Shown here: positions 1 through 13,925 of the stretch, in pieces
Position numbering within the stretch: position 1 is the stretch's first letter
How the letters are laid out: each line of letters begins with the position of its first letter
From: Podarcis bocagei
Lineage: Eukaryota
Length of the DNA: 64,000 bases
Assembly: GCA_964188305.1 (NCBI GenBank)
Contig: OZ076889.1
Direction: 5' to 3' (one strand)
Notes under the pieces: generated by a model
What the model was told of the DNA's origin: nothing
The model's database searches: none
What the model saw: only the letters and a program-made list of their open reading frames with translations
Program-made: the position numbers and the translations under genes

Positions 1-1701
1 TTTGGGTTCAGAGAATGAGAAAGCCATGAGGAAATAAGAAGACAAGATGAAAAATTAACAAAAGAAGAGAAAAGATCAGAGACAGAAAGTAACACAACAT
101 TGTCACCATGAACATGATTATTATAACCAAAAAATAAGACATGGACAAGAATAAAAAGCAAGGTGATTAAAATAGAACATTTAAAAACATTGGTAGACAG
201 AGGAAGAGGACAAGGAAACAAAAGAACCATTAATGGAAATGTGGCAAGTATGGTTAGATAGATAAGACAAAAATGAAGAGAATGACCAAAAGTATTGAGA
301 GGACAGAACAAGAAGAACAAGGACAGATCAAGATGAATAGACTATTAGCACTCTTCACTTGACTGATAATTAAATAAAGTAAAAGTAGCTTCTGCTGAGT
401 GGTAAGAACAAACAAAAAACTGATGAAGATCAAATAGAGTTAGGTAAAAGAAAAACCAACAAATGAAAGAAAACATATTCAACCAGTTTAGAAAGAAAGA
501 AAATAAGATAAATTAAATGATTGTCAACAGAATCAGTTAGTGATAAGGGAAAGCTTGCCAAAACGTTACAAAAATATAGGTAATGGTAAGATCTCTAGAA
601 ACCTTTTTAAGGGAAAAAGACAAAACAGGAATAAAAGAACCAAAGGTCTTTTTGGATGAAGACAAACAGAAAGACCATTCAAAGAAACAGGGGGTAAAGG
701 AAAAAGAAGGCAGCAGAGAGGTTCCAAAAAGAAAGGGGAAAAGAAGCAAATGCCATAAATATCAGAAATAAACAGCAGTTGATTTATATCACAAAAAATG
801 ACCAAGACTCTGAGGAGCTGAGTGAGAGAAAGAAGAAAAAAGGTAGCACAATAATTTAACAACTGAAGAGAGACAATGAGCATTGTGGAAAAATCAGTTT
901 TGAATATTGCCTAACAGGGGAAAAGGGTGAGCGTTAAGTCTAGACTTCTAAAAAACCAGTGTGCTCAGGACCTGCGCCATTAACGTGCAAGTTGTCTAAT
1001 ATATGAATGAAGAGACTAGAAGTAAGAAGTACTGTAAGCCAAGGCTGAGAAAGAAAGGATTATGAGACCAGGCAGAAGAATAAATTATAGTAGAAAGAAC
1101 GGAGCTAAATAGTGAAACCGCCTTATTAGGAGAAGATGAAGAGAGAGAAAACAGGAGGTAATTGCAAAGAAATCCTTCAAGAGAAGGGTTTCATCTAGGA
1201 TCACAGAGTAGAATCGAGGAGAGTAAAAGCAAGCAAGTGGTGATCAGAAAAAAAAGAATGAAAGCAAAAGCAGCAAAACAAGAAAGTTTATTGCAATATC
1301 TGAAAGATCAACTAGGTTACTCTACTAGGAGAGATGACAGAACATACTGCACTACCTCTTCCTCTGCCTTTCAGTACCAAAAGTTAGAGATGCAGGATAC
1401 TTCCTGGTAGGGGCTTAAGAATGTTGACAAGAATGTTGACAAGAGTTTCATAGAGATGCCATGAAGAGGATGGTCAGATCGTGAGAAGGATTTAGAAGAG
1501 CTTGGGGAGTTGGTGCTGGATGATCCTGGATGATCTTGAGTGGGAGGGGGGTCCTAGCAGATTAGGGGAGGTGAAGTAAGGACCCCCAGAAGTGTCTGGT
1601 GGGATCAAGTGGGTTGGCAGAGGAGTATTCAATCCCCTAACATCAGACATCCCTAGCGAGATACCACTGTTGTGGAGCTGTCTTTGGACTCTCCTGTCAC
1701 T

Positions 1702-2430
1702 TTTTTATATATTTTATTTTCTCTTTTTATAACAACAATAATTTTCATACATATTCAATCCAAATTTACTTGATTGACCTCCCCCCGTTTCCATTTCCCC
1801 CCTTTTATTTCCCTTGGATCTAGTTATTTTTCCACATAATTTCAAATTCTTTTTCATATCCTAATTCTATTTTCAGTTCATAAATGTTACAACAATCCTG
1901 CTAATGTTTCCACATTTTTACAGTGTTCTTTAAAGCAATCTATTAAAAAAAATCCATTCTTGATTAAATTTTTCCTCATCTTGGTACCTGACCTTCCCAG
2001 TTAATTTAGCCATTTTGGCATAGTCTATCATCTTAAGTCATCCATTCTTCTTTCACTGGGACATTCTTGTCTTTCCACTTCTGGGCAAGCAGCATTCTGG
2101 CAGCTGTGGTCGCAAACATAAATGAGCTTTTTTGCTTCTTTGGCACTTCATCTCCTAATATTCCTAGTAGAAAGGCCTCTGGTTTTTTGACAAATGTATT
2201 TGTAAAGATTTTTTTCATTTCATTATATATCATTTCCCATAAGCCCTTTACCTTTTTGCATGTCCACCACATATGAAAAAACGTACCTTCTTTATCTTTA
2301 CATTTCCAGCATAAATCATACAAATTTTTATACATCTTAGCAAGTTTAACCGCAGTTAAATATAATCTATACATCATTTTCATATAATTCTTCTAGTGAA
2401 CTGCATGCCATGAATTTAAATTGCAAATGG
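1702..2430 (-). mobile_element. 5'-truncated L1-clade LINE, 3' end of ORF2 plus 3' UTR and A-rich tail
   Basis: ORF 2033-2383 has the L1 C-terminal CCHC motif (CWKC...GTFFHMWWTC) and AARMLLAQKWK. AATAAA and an A-rich tail at about 1702-1720 (minus). Possible 6-bp TSD GTCACT at 1696-1701 and 2431-2436. Confidence 0.88.
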
Positions 2431-4149
2431 GTCACTAGCTATATATATTAAAAATTACCATTTTTTTCTAGAAAGGGTAAATCCAGATTAAAAGTTTGGG
2501 GGTGGGGTATGGATGCTACAGATGCCATGAAGACCTTGAGGGGGGGCATGCATGAGGAACACCCATCCCACAACAAACATCCACTTAGATTAGATTCTAT
2601 TATCCCATTGCCATCAAGAAAAAGTAATCCTAGCATAAGCAGTCATTACATCTCAGTACTGTAAAAGTCTGCTAGAGGCTAGAGCTAAGGTTTGCTACAT
2701 GGTTGTATCCATGAAAAAAATGGAGCCTTTCACAAGGAAAAGAACAGGTAAAAGGAACCGCCATATTCATATTACTCTACAAATTCTCAGTGATTAGCCT
2801 GAAACAACATCCCCCAAAGACACAGAAAGAGAAGATTGTAACAGGGAATTCAGTTTTGGTGTGCGACTGTGGAGTGGCACTTTCATCTAAAGACAGAATG
2901 TAAGAGACACTGAAGACTCAAAAAGCTACTGAAAAGAGATTTTTCCTTGAAAAGAGAATCTGATAAACTTCTGAGAAAGGTAATCAACCCAAATGCTCTG
3001 AGTATTTTAATTATTTTATTTTAAATATTTTTATTTGATGAGGACATTTTGCAATATCATTTTGGATCTTTGCCTTTTCTTTTGCTTCCCTTGGTTTTGT
3101 TTTTCCTAAGAGGAATATTAGCAACAATTCAAAGTCACTTGGCAATTGTGTTAGCCCTTTGGCATCTTCTTAGGATGAAATAAGATGCTCCCCTATGAGA
3201 ATATTCTGGCTGACATACAAATACTCTTCTTTAGATTTTTAACCCACATAATTCAAAGAGGCTTAAAATCACATTTTTTAAATGAGTTTCAAAAAAAAAG
3301 TTGTTTAAAACTATAAACTGTTTAAAACTATAAAGACAAACATGTTATCCGATATAGCCACCAAATCTCTGATAGTTACATGTTTGCCCAAATAAGAAGG
3401 TCTTGTTTTGATGCTTCTATACTCTGGTTTAATCAACTATCTGAAGGAAGAGAGTTCTAGAGTAGCTATCAGAAAACCCCATTTGAACATCTTCATCATT
3501 TGTACACAATGCATTAAAAAAACAAATCTAGTGGTCAAGTCGGCTGACAATAGCAAACATGGCAGAACAGATGGGAAGAACAGCTGGGCTGAGAACTAGG
3601 AGACTCTGGCTCTGTCAATGGCTGCACTGTATGATATAGCACCCAGATTACAAGATGGAGCATCTCCCAGATAGTAAATGGCTTTTGGATACTGGAGTGG
3701 CTGCCTACCAAGCATGGCTACTGACAGTCCTCATCAAACAAGGCTAAAAAGGCCTCCTGTACAGGCTGGGACTTTGCCTCGGCAACTAAAGTATTCCTTT
3801 GCTTCTGGCTCTCAACTTGTGCTCTGGTTTAGACACCCCAGTTCTGTTCCTTAGCTCTTGGCCCCCACTCAACAGTTGCCTAATGATCAGCTCAGATGTG
3901 AAGCTATCAACCAGAATTATCCACTGTTCCAATCATTCCATCTTAGCAAGCATTTCAGCTTCATAAAAGGAATTATTCCCTCTCTCCTCCCCAGGTACAC
4001 TGTTCTGGAGGATCTCCCAATGCCCGCCACAAACCAATTTCAGGGGGTGCACAGGAGGATGAGAGGGAAAAAGGCCCACTGCAAAAGTGGAAGTCCTTGC
4101 ACTGGGCTTCTGCTGATGGGGCTAAATTCTACTCTTAATATTATATCGT

Positions 4150-4516
4150 GGCTCAGTTCACATGTCAAATTAAGCCATGGTTAAAATATAGTTAAAAACA
4201 TTGACCAGGAAATAAGAGAGTCTGGCTCGACGTGACATCTGATCTGGGGTTTGCTGCTTGTTTTCCAAAACCAACCATGAGCAGTATGCCAAGAACAAAG
4301 TTCAGTTACTGCTCATGATTTATCTGGAAAGAAACAAACCCATAAGTCAAGGTTCTGGTGTCATGACAAGGCAAACTCTTGTCTAGTTTCTTCCATGGTG
4401 CAGCACCAGGATTGGAGCAAGAACTTTACAACACTGTATACCAGCTTGCTGCTTGTTCATGTTAAAACCACAGCTTGTTCCAAAAACTATGGTTAATGTG
4501 ATGTGTGAGCCAAGCC
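4150..4516. mobile_element. Old non-autonomous DNA transposon (MITE-like) with degenerate TIRs
   Basis: Left end GGCTCAGTTCACATGTCAAATTAAGCCATGGTT resembles the reverse complement of the right end (GGCTTGGCTCACACATCACATTAACCATAGTT). Internal AAACCA/TGGTT motifs. Confidence 0.55.
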
Positions 4517-7500
4517 ACAAAGGAGAAAGAGAAAGCATGAATACATGCGTGTGTGATGTTCTGCTGAAAGTATATTTAATGAAGCATTCACTTTAATGGT
4601 TTATATTATGTACTGTATATTCATATTAAGAATCAAAAATGCACCAAGAACTGAGAGCCATGGATGAGTTTGAGTTTGGAAAATGAAAAGTGTTTCCATT
4701 TCAAAAACATTAACCTGAGATCTGTATTCTTTTCAAAATCTTCCCCACCCTGCCCAATTTTAATCCACACCAATCAGCTGCATTTCTGGGGAAAGAATTT
4801 AGCTTTGGGAGCTTACTGACTTTTTCAAAGTGAATTTTAGTTCCGACTTATGCTCTGGGTTCTAAGCCAATGTAGTGTGGATCCAAGTATTCGGCTCAAT
4901 AGTTGTTTCTGTCTGTATTTCTTTCTGTCTGATTTTCAGCTGCTACTTTATGGCTTAGCTGCAAATATCCAGAGCTACAAAGCCTGCAAAAAGGGTTGTC
5001 TGTGTACACATCTAGCAACAGAGAAAGTCTACAATTAATTCCAGGTGCACATGGGCACTAAGAAAATCTTGTCAGTATCAGATCTCAAGAAGAAATAGGA
5101 GCTGCTGCTGTGAAGAATCCCACACTTTAGAAGTTTGAAGATCATCACCCTCTTAGGCAATGAATCAGCAGACCTGTTGCTGTCTACTTCAAAATGTTAT
5201 AGGGACATAGTTGAAAAGAGATATATTCCCTCCAACTTTTCAGCTGACCAAAATAGTGGCCAGACTTAAGAGTTGTGGTCATATCGGGTAATACTTTTCC
5301 CCACATGATAGATGAGCAGCTGCTTCTCAAATTGTACAATGAACCTAGACATCTTTCCCTCAAAGAAGCACTTCTAAGGAAATTGCATTTTCCTGCCCTT
5401 TAAAATGCATGGATTTTGTCACTGAAAAAATGCAGTTTTGCTCCAGCTTTTCCTTAATGTGATAGTTATTGCAATTAGAGGTTTGGTTGTGCAAGAATAC
5501 CTAGTGGCCAGTAGCACTAACAATACTGCTTACCTCAAAACCACTCCAATGCAAATACTTTACAACCAATTATATTTATTTTATTTCTTTGCTTTGGGAA
5601 AAAGTGTCTTTAGAGACAAAGCAACTTTCTGCTATACTATGGAAATGTAAGGGTTTTCCAGGTGAGTAAGGCTAATCTCTCCTCAGATCAATGCACAGGA
5701 ATAATTTCATGAAAATTTTCAACCACCACCCCATTTCTCCCCTTTTGTTCTTTCAAAGCAGAAGCTTTGATGTACCAGAGCGGACTGTCCTGGATGCAGG
5801 CAGTATGCCTCTAGGAAGACTGCCCAATGCAAGAGACGAACACCTGGAGGAACGTGACACGAAATCAGCCAAAAGTAAGAGCAAGATGAAGCTTAATTAA
5901 GTTTTCTGGCAATCTGCTTTTATCTTAAAATATTGTAATAATAGCATCATGTATTGCACAAATATATTTATTTCTCTCTCTCCACACATACACACACCTG
6001 CAAAAAAAGGTCTGTTCTAGTGTTGCCACCCTCTGGACCTCGATCAAGTCACATACTCTCCCTTAAATATGAAACTGCTTCATCTTAGAGACTAGTTTTC
6101 ATTTAACAGTTTAACATTTATGCAATGTATGAATGTCAAGAAATGGTTCCAGAAACTGTCCTGCAGGCTTACCTTGGGTGCTTAAAGCAAGAGGATGCCC
6201 AACCAGTACCAAGGTGTTTTTGAATACCATGTGACCACATTTTTGAAAACTTACAGAATTCTCCACTCCCTGTAATCAGCACAAGTCCTAAATTTTGGAA
6301 GCAGTAATATCTTATACACACAGTATTTTGGAGTTTGGATAAAGGAAAACATAGTAAATACTCCCTTGGGAGGCTTTTAACATTTATTTTTTAGTCTTCA
6401 GACCCCCTTTCAGCAGCATATTCAACTAACAAACATGGTTATGCATTATTCTTTAAAGTGGAGGAACAGATTTTCATGACAACTAAATCCAAAGCTATAA
6501 AATATAGTAAAATCTGCAAACAAGTTATCAAAGCTGATAACGTCATCTTAGTACTAATACCATTACTACTTTTGTAAGTTACTGAATTACGGTATATAGA
6601 AAGTTTGTTTGGAATCACTTTAGAGGAAGATTTATAGGGCTTTATATAGAATTGGGAGGTGGGAAAAGAGCAAGTTCCTCGTTCAAACAGAAGCAGATTT
6701 TCATCAAGTGCTATACAAAGGCCAACGTTTAGTTGCATTTGTCCACCAGCCGTTATATTTCTGATAGTCACCTTTCATCAGCCACTCTAGATCCAGCCTG
6801 TGTTGTGGGAAACCAAGCACTCCACTCTCATTTCAGCATTGCACTTTAAATGAGATTCTTCTCTTCCAACTTGTATTTCCATTGCTTTCTAATTGCTGTG
6901 CGTAAGGTTGCGGCGGGACTGTCAAGGACACTTACAGGATGATGCCCGTGAGATTACCAATGAGAAGAGACATATCTGCACCCCCATCACACTCATACAA
7001 TTTTTAGATGGTATTTTCTTGTCTTCGTTTCGGCTACTGCCTCACTTCATTTTTACTAGCAATTCCTGGAATACATCTCTCTCTTTCCTATGTAGGGTTG
7101 GCATGCCAGTACGAAATACTGTCAAATGACTGCCAACTTGACTGCAGTCAAATATTCCATGAAGCCATGATGTTGACGATACACATATAATTGGTCTGCT
7201 ATGTGTTGTATACAATTCCTTTTAAAAAAAACTGACTTGAATTTTTTATTTTGATCTATTTGTTTTAAAGTGGAATTTCAGGCTGACCTTGGCGTTCCAA
7301 AATAAAAGCAAAAAAGAAGGTTTGTTTCAGTGAACAATTAACATCAATAGAGATCTTATCTAACATTGGTTGCTTTCAGATAATATCCCAAGTCATGGTT
7401 TGGAGGACTGGGAATGAGGCACATGCTCACACACTGCCTCTTCCTACCTCTTCCTTTATATATATATATATATAAAGGTTGGTGTTTTTTTAATGATGAG

Positions 7501-8824
7501 ACAGCACAAATACTAGACGAGATCTGATACACAATTAATGGAGAAGTATGCCATATGCAAAAAACAACTTTGTTTTGGGAGAAGGTTGCAAAGGGTCAAG
7601 AAGGCGATAAATGAAGCCCATGGGCTGCCAGTTGGCAACCACTGGTTCAGATTACACTTTTTAATGTAACAACTGTAGGATTTTGTTAGGGGAAAGCGTG
7701 TAAAATGAGTAGTAGAGCACAATCTTTTCATATGGAAGGTTCCCAGATGCGATACTGGGCCTCGTCAACCTTTTTTTTAGGGTTTCGGTATCAGGTAATG
7801 GGGAAGACCTCTGCCTGAGATCCTGGAGCTCTGCTGCTGTAGCCACCAGACCGTGAATACAATCACGCAAGTGGGAGAAAAGCAATAAGGCCTCCAAAGG
7901 GTTAATCTCTTCTCCAGATGTTCTCAGCAGTGGCTCCCCAGGAAGTCAAGAGCAGTCAATGTGCAGTATGGCTCAGAGGATTCTTCTTCCCCTCCTCAAA
8001 GCCTGTCTTACCAAGTAGGTTGGAGGGGTTGTTGTTTTTCATCACACTGCCTTGGTCTCTTGCTTTCCAGTCTCTGTAACGCTCCCTCTTTCCAAGGATT
8101 AAAGAGGATCTGAACTTGGAAAGGTGGGGTTCTGGTGGGGAGGACTTAGCCCAAGTTAAAAACTCATTAATGTGCAAAGACTAGAGCTCTTTTGAATCTC
8201 GTTACAGGATGTTAACACACTGGAGGTCTCTTGATGTTCCCACAGCAACCACTGTGGGAGTTCCCAGACGCTAGGCAACCCTCCCATGACCCTGGCTGAC
8301 CTTTCCCCTTCTATGACCCTTGCCACAATGTAAGCGCGCGCTATTGAATCCCAGGACGTTTTTCAGCTGGGCCCCACCATTGAAACCTAAGGATTTCCCC
8401 CTAACACCATCAAATTTGCTAGAGAAAGATGGGAAGTGATCCCTCCATTCTTTCCACTCTCTTCAGGAAGCCTCACTGGAAGTTGTTTCTAATAGTCTAC
8501 TCCTTGCAAGGAGGTGGGAGTTGTTCTCCCCATTCCCCCAGTGCACGTTCAGAGCAGCAAAATTACAATACAGCAACTGCATGTTTACTGTAGGCTAAAG
8601 CAGCTTTCAGACTACAGATATACAGACCCTTCTGAGCTAAAGCATGAGTGGGAATATAAATAGACACTCCCAAGACTGCTTTGAAAATGAACACATTTCA
8701 GAATGAACAAGGCACCACAGAGCATTTTGCTGGAGCCACATTTCAAGATCCAGGCTACCTAGAATCAAGGGCGCTTGACCCACAGACCTTCAAAATGTGT
8801 GGAAATAGCCATAACATAATTTTA

Positions 8825-9231
8825 AGGTAAAGGTAAAGGTACCCCTGCCCGTACGGGCCAGTCGTGACCGACTCTAGGGTTGCGTGCTCATCTCGCTCAA
8901 GAGGCCGTGAGCCAGCGCCGTCCGAAGACACTTCCGGGTCACGTGGCCAGCGTGACAAAGCTGCAGCTGGCGAGCCAGCACCAGCGCAGCACACGGAAAC
9001 GCCGTTACCTTCCCACTATAAAGCGGTACCTATTTATCTACTTGCACTTAAGGGTGCTTTCGAACTGCTAGGTGGGCAGGAGCTGGGACAGAACGATGGG
9101 AGCTCACCCCACCGCGGGGATTCGAACCGCCAACCATGCGATCAGCAAGTCCTAGGCACTGAGGTTTTACCCACAGCGCCACCCCAAGTCCTAGGCACTG
9201 AGGTTTTACCCACAGCACCACCTGCGTCCCC
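8825..9231 (-). mobile_element. Full-length Sauria SINE with 13-bp TSD and internal 39-bp duplication
   Basis: tRNA-like head GGGACGCAGGTGGTGCTGTGGG, B box GGTTCGAATCC and (ACCTTT)n tail on the minus strand. TSD TAACATAATTTTA at 8812-8824 and 9232-9244. Confidence 0.95.
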
Positions 9232-9744
9232 TAACATAATTTTACTGATTCTTAAATCGCTGTTTCACTGGACCATACAGAGAGCTCAAATGGAACACAA
9301 TCCCCCACCCCTCCATCTCCCAAAAGAAGACATTGTTCAGGTCAGAGCCGCAACACATATGTCCATATTGACTGCACTAGGAAAGTTTTACGGATATGTG
9401 GATAGATATTTCCTATTCTGGCAACCTGTTCCAAAACACGCCCTATGAAGACTTGTACCCATAATTTGAAAAAAGAAAAAAATAGCAATGTTATGGGTAA
9501 TAACAAGCTTGAAGCTGGACAGATGAAGCCTGGCATATTTTAAGAGAATTAATTACCATGGCTTTGATCACCTCCATCACAGCTAGTTTTATTATCAGGA
9601 TTTCAGATCTTCCTACTGCCGTTTCCATCTCCACAAGCAGTTCATTGGTGACCAGATTGCTTTTGTAGGCATCTGAAAAGTCTTTATCTATGGTATGACT
9701 ACACACAGAAGCATTATAATACACAACACTTCTTTATGCCAGTA

Positions 9745-9872
9745 CAGCCAACATGGTACTTTCCAGATGTTTTTGGACTCCCAGGTCCCATCAGCCCAAG
9801 CCAACATGGCCAATGGTCAGGGATGGTAAGAGTTGTAGTCCAACATCTGGATAGTAATACATTGACTATCCT
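9745..9872. mobile_element. Degenerate hAT-like MITE (GGACTACAACTCCCATC-type squamate family)
   Basis: Internal inverted structure CCAGATGTTTTTGGACT ... AGTCCAACATCTGG. A related copy lies near 18108-18247. Confidence 0.6.
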
Positions 9873-9914
9873 TGCCTTATTGCATGTGTACAAATTGCAT
9901 GTGAGTCACACAAT

Positions 9915-9976
9915 CATATAATTGTAGAGTTTGAAGGGATCCCATGGGTCATCTAGTCCAACCCCCTGCAATGCAT
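9915..9976 (-). mobile_element. CR1 LINE 3'-end fragment
   Basis: Reverse complement gives GGTTGGACTAGATGACCC...CCCTTCAAACTCTACAATT, the CR1 3' terminus. Confidence 0.75.
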
Positions 9977-12900
9977 TATCTGCATAAAGTTGTGCAACAA
10001 ATGCAATAAGGACTGTTTAAAAAGCATTAGTGCTTCTGCATGAAGAATTATCACAGATATTTTGAGCAGTTGGCAAAGGCAAGTGGCAACATCTATACCA
10101 AGACATATGCATACAAGATCATTGACTATCTTATGTATATTTCAATGCAACAGTATCAGTGTGCTTACAGAGCCAGAAGCGAAATACGACAATATTGTTA
10201 TTGCTGGGTTGTTGTTGTTTTTTATATAAAACAACAACAACAAGTAGGTGCTGCAGAATGACTTTTTTTTTTTAAAGTCCCTGGGTACAGGCTCACAACT
10301 GAATTAAAGACCGGACACATTACAGAGAAAAAGGAAGGAAAGTAAATGAAACTATAACGTGGCTGTTCTGTTTTCCTGACAGCAGCACACAGTGTTTAGT
10401 GTTTTCTCAGAGTCTGCCTTGTATCAAATTGGAAAGGGCAAGCTCCACAGGAGAAAGGTTACTTGGAGGTGGGGGGAAAGACAGGAACCCAAAAGAGCTG
10501 CAATACCCACAAACACTGGGAACATAGGGCTGGGAGGTTTGATTAATTGACCAACTTTCAAAGGATATAGAAGCATGACTGGGCATTTAGGTTACTGTAG
10601 CACTTTATGTGTGATTTTTTTCCCCCTTTGCATGGAAAAAGGTTCCCGCAGGGGCAATATGATCTATTAGGTAACAGGTCAAAGTTTGGGAGTTAGCCAT
10701 GTATAACAAAACAAATCAAATCTACAAGGTCAAATCTTTGTTTCATAAGTTATTACTTTAGACATCTAGCAATAACCAAGTTTGCCTGTCAGAGCTCAGA
10801 CTTGATACCCAGTTGCCAAATCATATGCTGGAGCTTCTGCTTTGCCCTCTGATAAATGGAGACCTTTCTGCGATACATAAAAGAAATAGCTCCAGGAACC
10901 ACTGAACTTTCCAACACATCTGCATGCAGCACTCAAGGGATCTGCTTGCCCATCCCAGATTTCTTTCTTCAACCATCCTGAATTCAAGTTCAGCAGCTCC
11001 TCTCTTCCTAACATCCTCCTCCCTTTTTCTAGCCTCAGGACCATACGCCAGCTGCAGGTCACACAGCCTCCTTGTTTCTTTCATCTCTATTTAAACAAGC
11101 TCTTCAGCTCTGCCCGTTGCATGGAAACAGACACTCCGTCTTGTTCAAAAGTGACGAGCGCTCTCTTGCCAGTGCTGTTTGTTTCAGTCTAAACTCCTGT
11201 CAGATGCCTGACTTCTGACTCTCTCTGTTTATCTCCCTCTCCTTCTGTCACCTCATTACTCCACAGCCCAGCTCACGTTTCCAGGCCTTGTTTACCAAAA
11301 GCTCAGGAGTTGGGCACTTTGTCTGATGGGAAGAGGTGGAGAGAACATGTTATACCTGCACAGCAGCTGGAATAACCACAACAAAATCCTCTACTGTGAT
11401 CTTCAAAATGTGTTCTTACAGTATGTGTACCATGAACAGATCTCTTCAGTGAAGCAACATCAGCAGGGTCTTGGGTTGCAGCTACTTTATAAAATACACC
11501 AACCTTAAGAGAACCAAAAATCCTTGAGTTGACCAAGCAGAGGCCTCAAAACCAGGAATCTGATAGTTCTAATCCCTACTCTGAGCCTTATTGTTGTTTG
11601 GGCAAATCACTTTGTCTCTCTGTAGGAAAATGGCCGATGTGCTACTGCCTTCCATGTGGAGCACAATCAGCAAAGGCTTATGTTGTTCTAGGTGTTTGGT
11701 CGTTTTGCAGTAACCCAATGACACTTGCATGGGAATCAGCATTCAAAATCATTACCTCCTTTGCCAAAGGAATAGAATGCAGCATTGAGAAGGCACCTAG
11801 CTCATAGTGCAAGCCAGAGACTACACAACTTGGGGGGAAGGGTTGAGAGATTTTTTCGAATAGGCCGGGGGGGGGGCACACATCCAGAAGTATTCTGGAA
11901 AAGGGCTATTATATTTTTGCACCAGACATCTCCAGAAAAACAAAAGTAGCTCAGTTAATCCCACAATGAACTCCATAAAAAGCATGTGGATGGAGCTGTA
12001 GAATTTCTATACAGACAGCACTGAATCATATAAAATCCTAGAAGCAAGCACTGTCTAGACATACTTATTAAAGTCCACCTACTAGTCTGCGTTCATCAAA
12101 CATGATCAGATCCAGGATGTCCATACTCAAACTTTGGGAGATGATTCATGTACGCAGGTGAATTAGAGAATGCTATCACCCAGAGCAAACTAAATGCATC
12201 TAGCATGTCAAAAGCAACTGTTCTGAAATGTGTAGTGCTGAACACCACATATACAAACACACTGTATTATATAAGTAGTTTCAACAAATACCTGTAACAC
12301 AGGATAAAGCAGGAGATGTGTGTGTGTGTTGAGCTTCATATATACAAATGGCTTTTGACACAGAAAATACATGTCCAAAATCGCCCTAACAAAGACTAGC
12401 TATTATTCTGAAGCAGCAAGTTTTAATCTGTCTTTCCATATTTGATGGCATTAGCCATTTGCCCTCTAGAAGTAGTTCTTCATGACCAGTTTTATTACAT
12501 TCTAGGCCTTAACTCTTCATGTGGCAGGAATTTTACTAACTGGTTGCGTAATATGTTCACCAATATCTCTCCCCCCCCCAGCCTTTTATTTACAGTCCAC
12601 TTATTATTTTTCTAGTCCTCCTCCTGAGAATTAGTCTTGGGGGTTTTTCTGTTTCGTTTTTAAAGAAGAAGTGAGAGATGGCGCATTTGGGATCTGAAGC
12701 ACAAGGAAGAGACAGAAGTTGTCAGACAGGAACAGACCAATGGCTCAGAAGCCTCTTTAAACAGGGGCAGATATAGGATGCTACTGGAGAAGGTGTAAAT
12801 CCTTCATGAAGCACCTAATTGTGCAAAACTCTATATATGGGGACATTTATTACTGACCCCAGCTGCTGCTCAGCTTGTTCCCTGAAGCATGAAGATTGAT

Positions 12901-13842
12901 GGCACCAATGGTTCTCATCTGAGCTACTGTCACTGCAGATGCCATCTGCGTTCAGAAGTCTCCTTTGCCTTTAAATACCGTCTCACACTGGTGAATTCTA
13001 CAGGTTAATTATATGCAGTGGTGAGTGGGCAGGGGCATGGAAGAAAGGCAAACGTTACTTGGGATAATGATTCTTCCGTCCGCGCCCCCCCCCCCAAATA
13101 ACCTTCTTTTAGTTACTTCACACCTAAGCTCTTTCATTTCTGGTGAAGAAAAGAGCACAAGAAGTACAGTTGCTCCCCTTTACTACTATATTCATTGGTA
13201 CATCCCACTATAAAGTGACTTGCCTCCAGTAGAAGGTGCCCAGGAAGGAGCTGGCACAAGGAAGTTCATTTAAATTGCAGCAGGTGGGGATTTGTCATTT
13301 TTGGCCAGACCCTTGGGGTACTTGAAAAAGCTTAAATGCTGTGTGAGTGTGTAAATTATAAAAATATAAGCAAATATATATTGCCCTAAGGCAGGTATAT
13401 GGGAGCACTCGGAAAACTGACCAAAATGACACATCTCCACAAGGTATTGCAATTTAAAAACAACCTCCTTTTCCTTTACTTCCTAAGCATGTTCTACTGG
13501 AAGCAAGGCAGCTTCTCTACATAGTGAGATATGGCTATGGACATCTAAGTCTGTTGCAAGAGATTCTGTACATTGTTTGGCAAGGTAGACAAAATGTCCT
13601 TGCAGTTAGAACAAGAGACTCAAGTTAGTACTTTTATGTCCCATTCCTTAGACCTAGAATGGAAGAGAACAGGTTCCCAAATGTCTACCTTCCCTTGAGT
13701 GCTTTTTAAAGAAATCCTATGGAACCACACACATAAAAAGGAGTAGCTGATCATTCATATTGCCTTATCAAAAAGAACCATAGGTTTGGGGGGGTACTTG
13801 TTTCCTGCAAGATCCTCCTCAAGTTAATCTCAGAAAAGTCCA

Positions 13843-13925
13843 CATAGAAACACAGAATTGTATTGTTGGAAGGGACCCCAGGGGTCATTCTAGTCCAACC
13901 CTCTGGCAATGCAGGAATCTCAACA
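13843..13925 (-). mobile_element. CR1 LINE 3'-end fragment
   Basis: Plus strand CATAGAAACACAGAATTGTATTGTTGGAAGGGACCCCAGGGGTCATTCTAGTCCAACC is the reversed CR1 tail with its octamer-like terminal repeat. Confidence 0.8.

Noticed and set aside
1417-3333. Small tandem duplications (AAGAATGTTGAC x2 near 1417; GTTTAAAACTATAAA x2 near 3303)
   Set aside because: Ordinary slippage duplications with no further structure.
8864-9448. 194-aa ORF with repeated QVLGTEVLPTAPP
   Set aside because: It lies antisense across a Sauria SINE. The peptide repeat is just the 39-bp SINE duplication.
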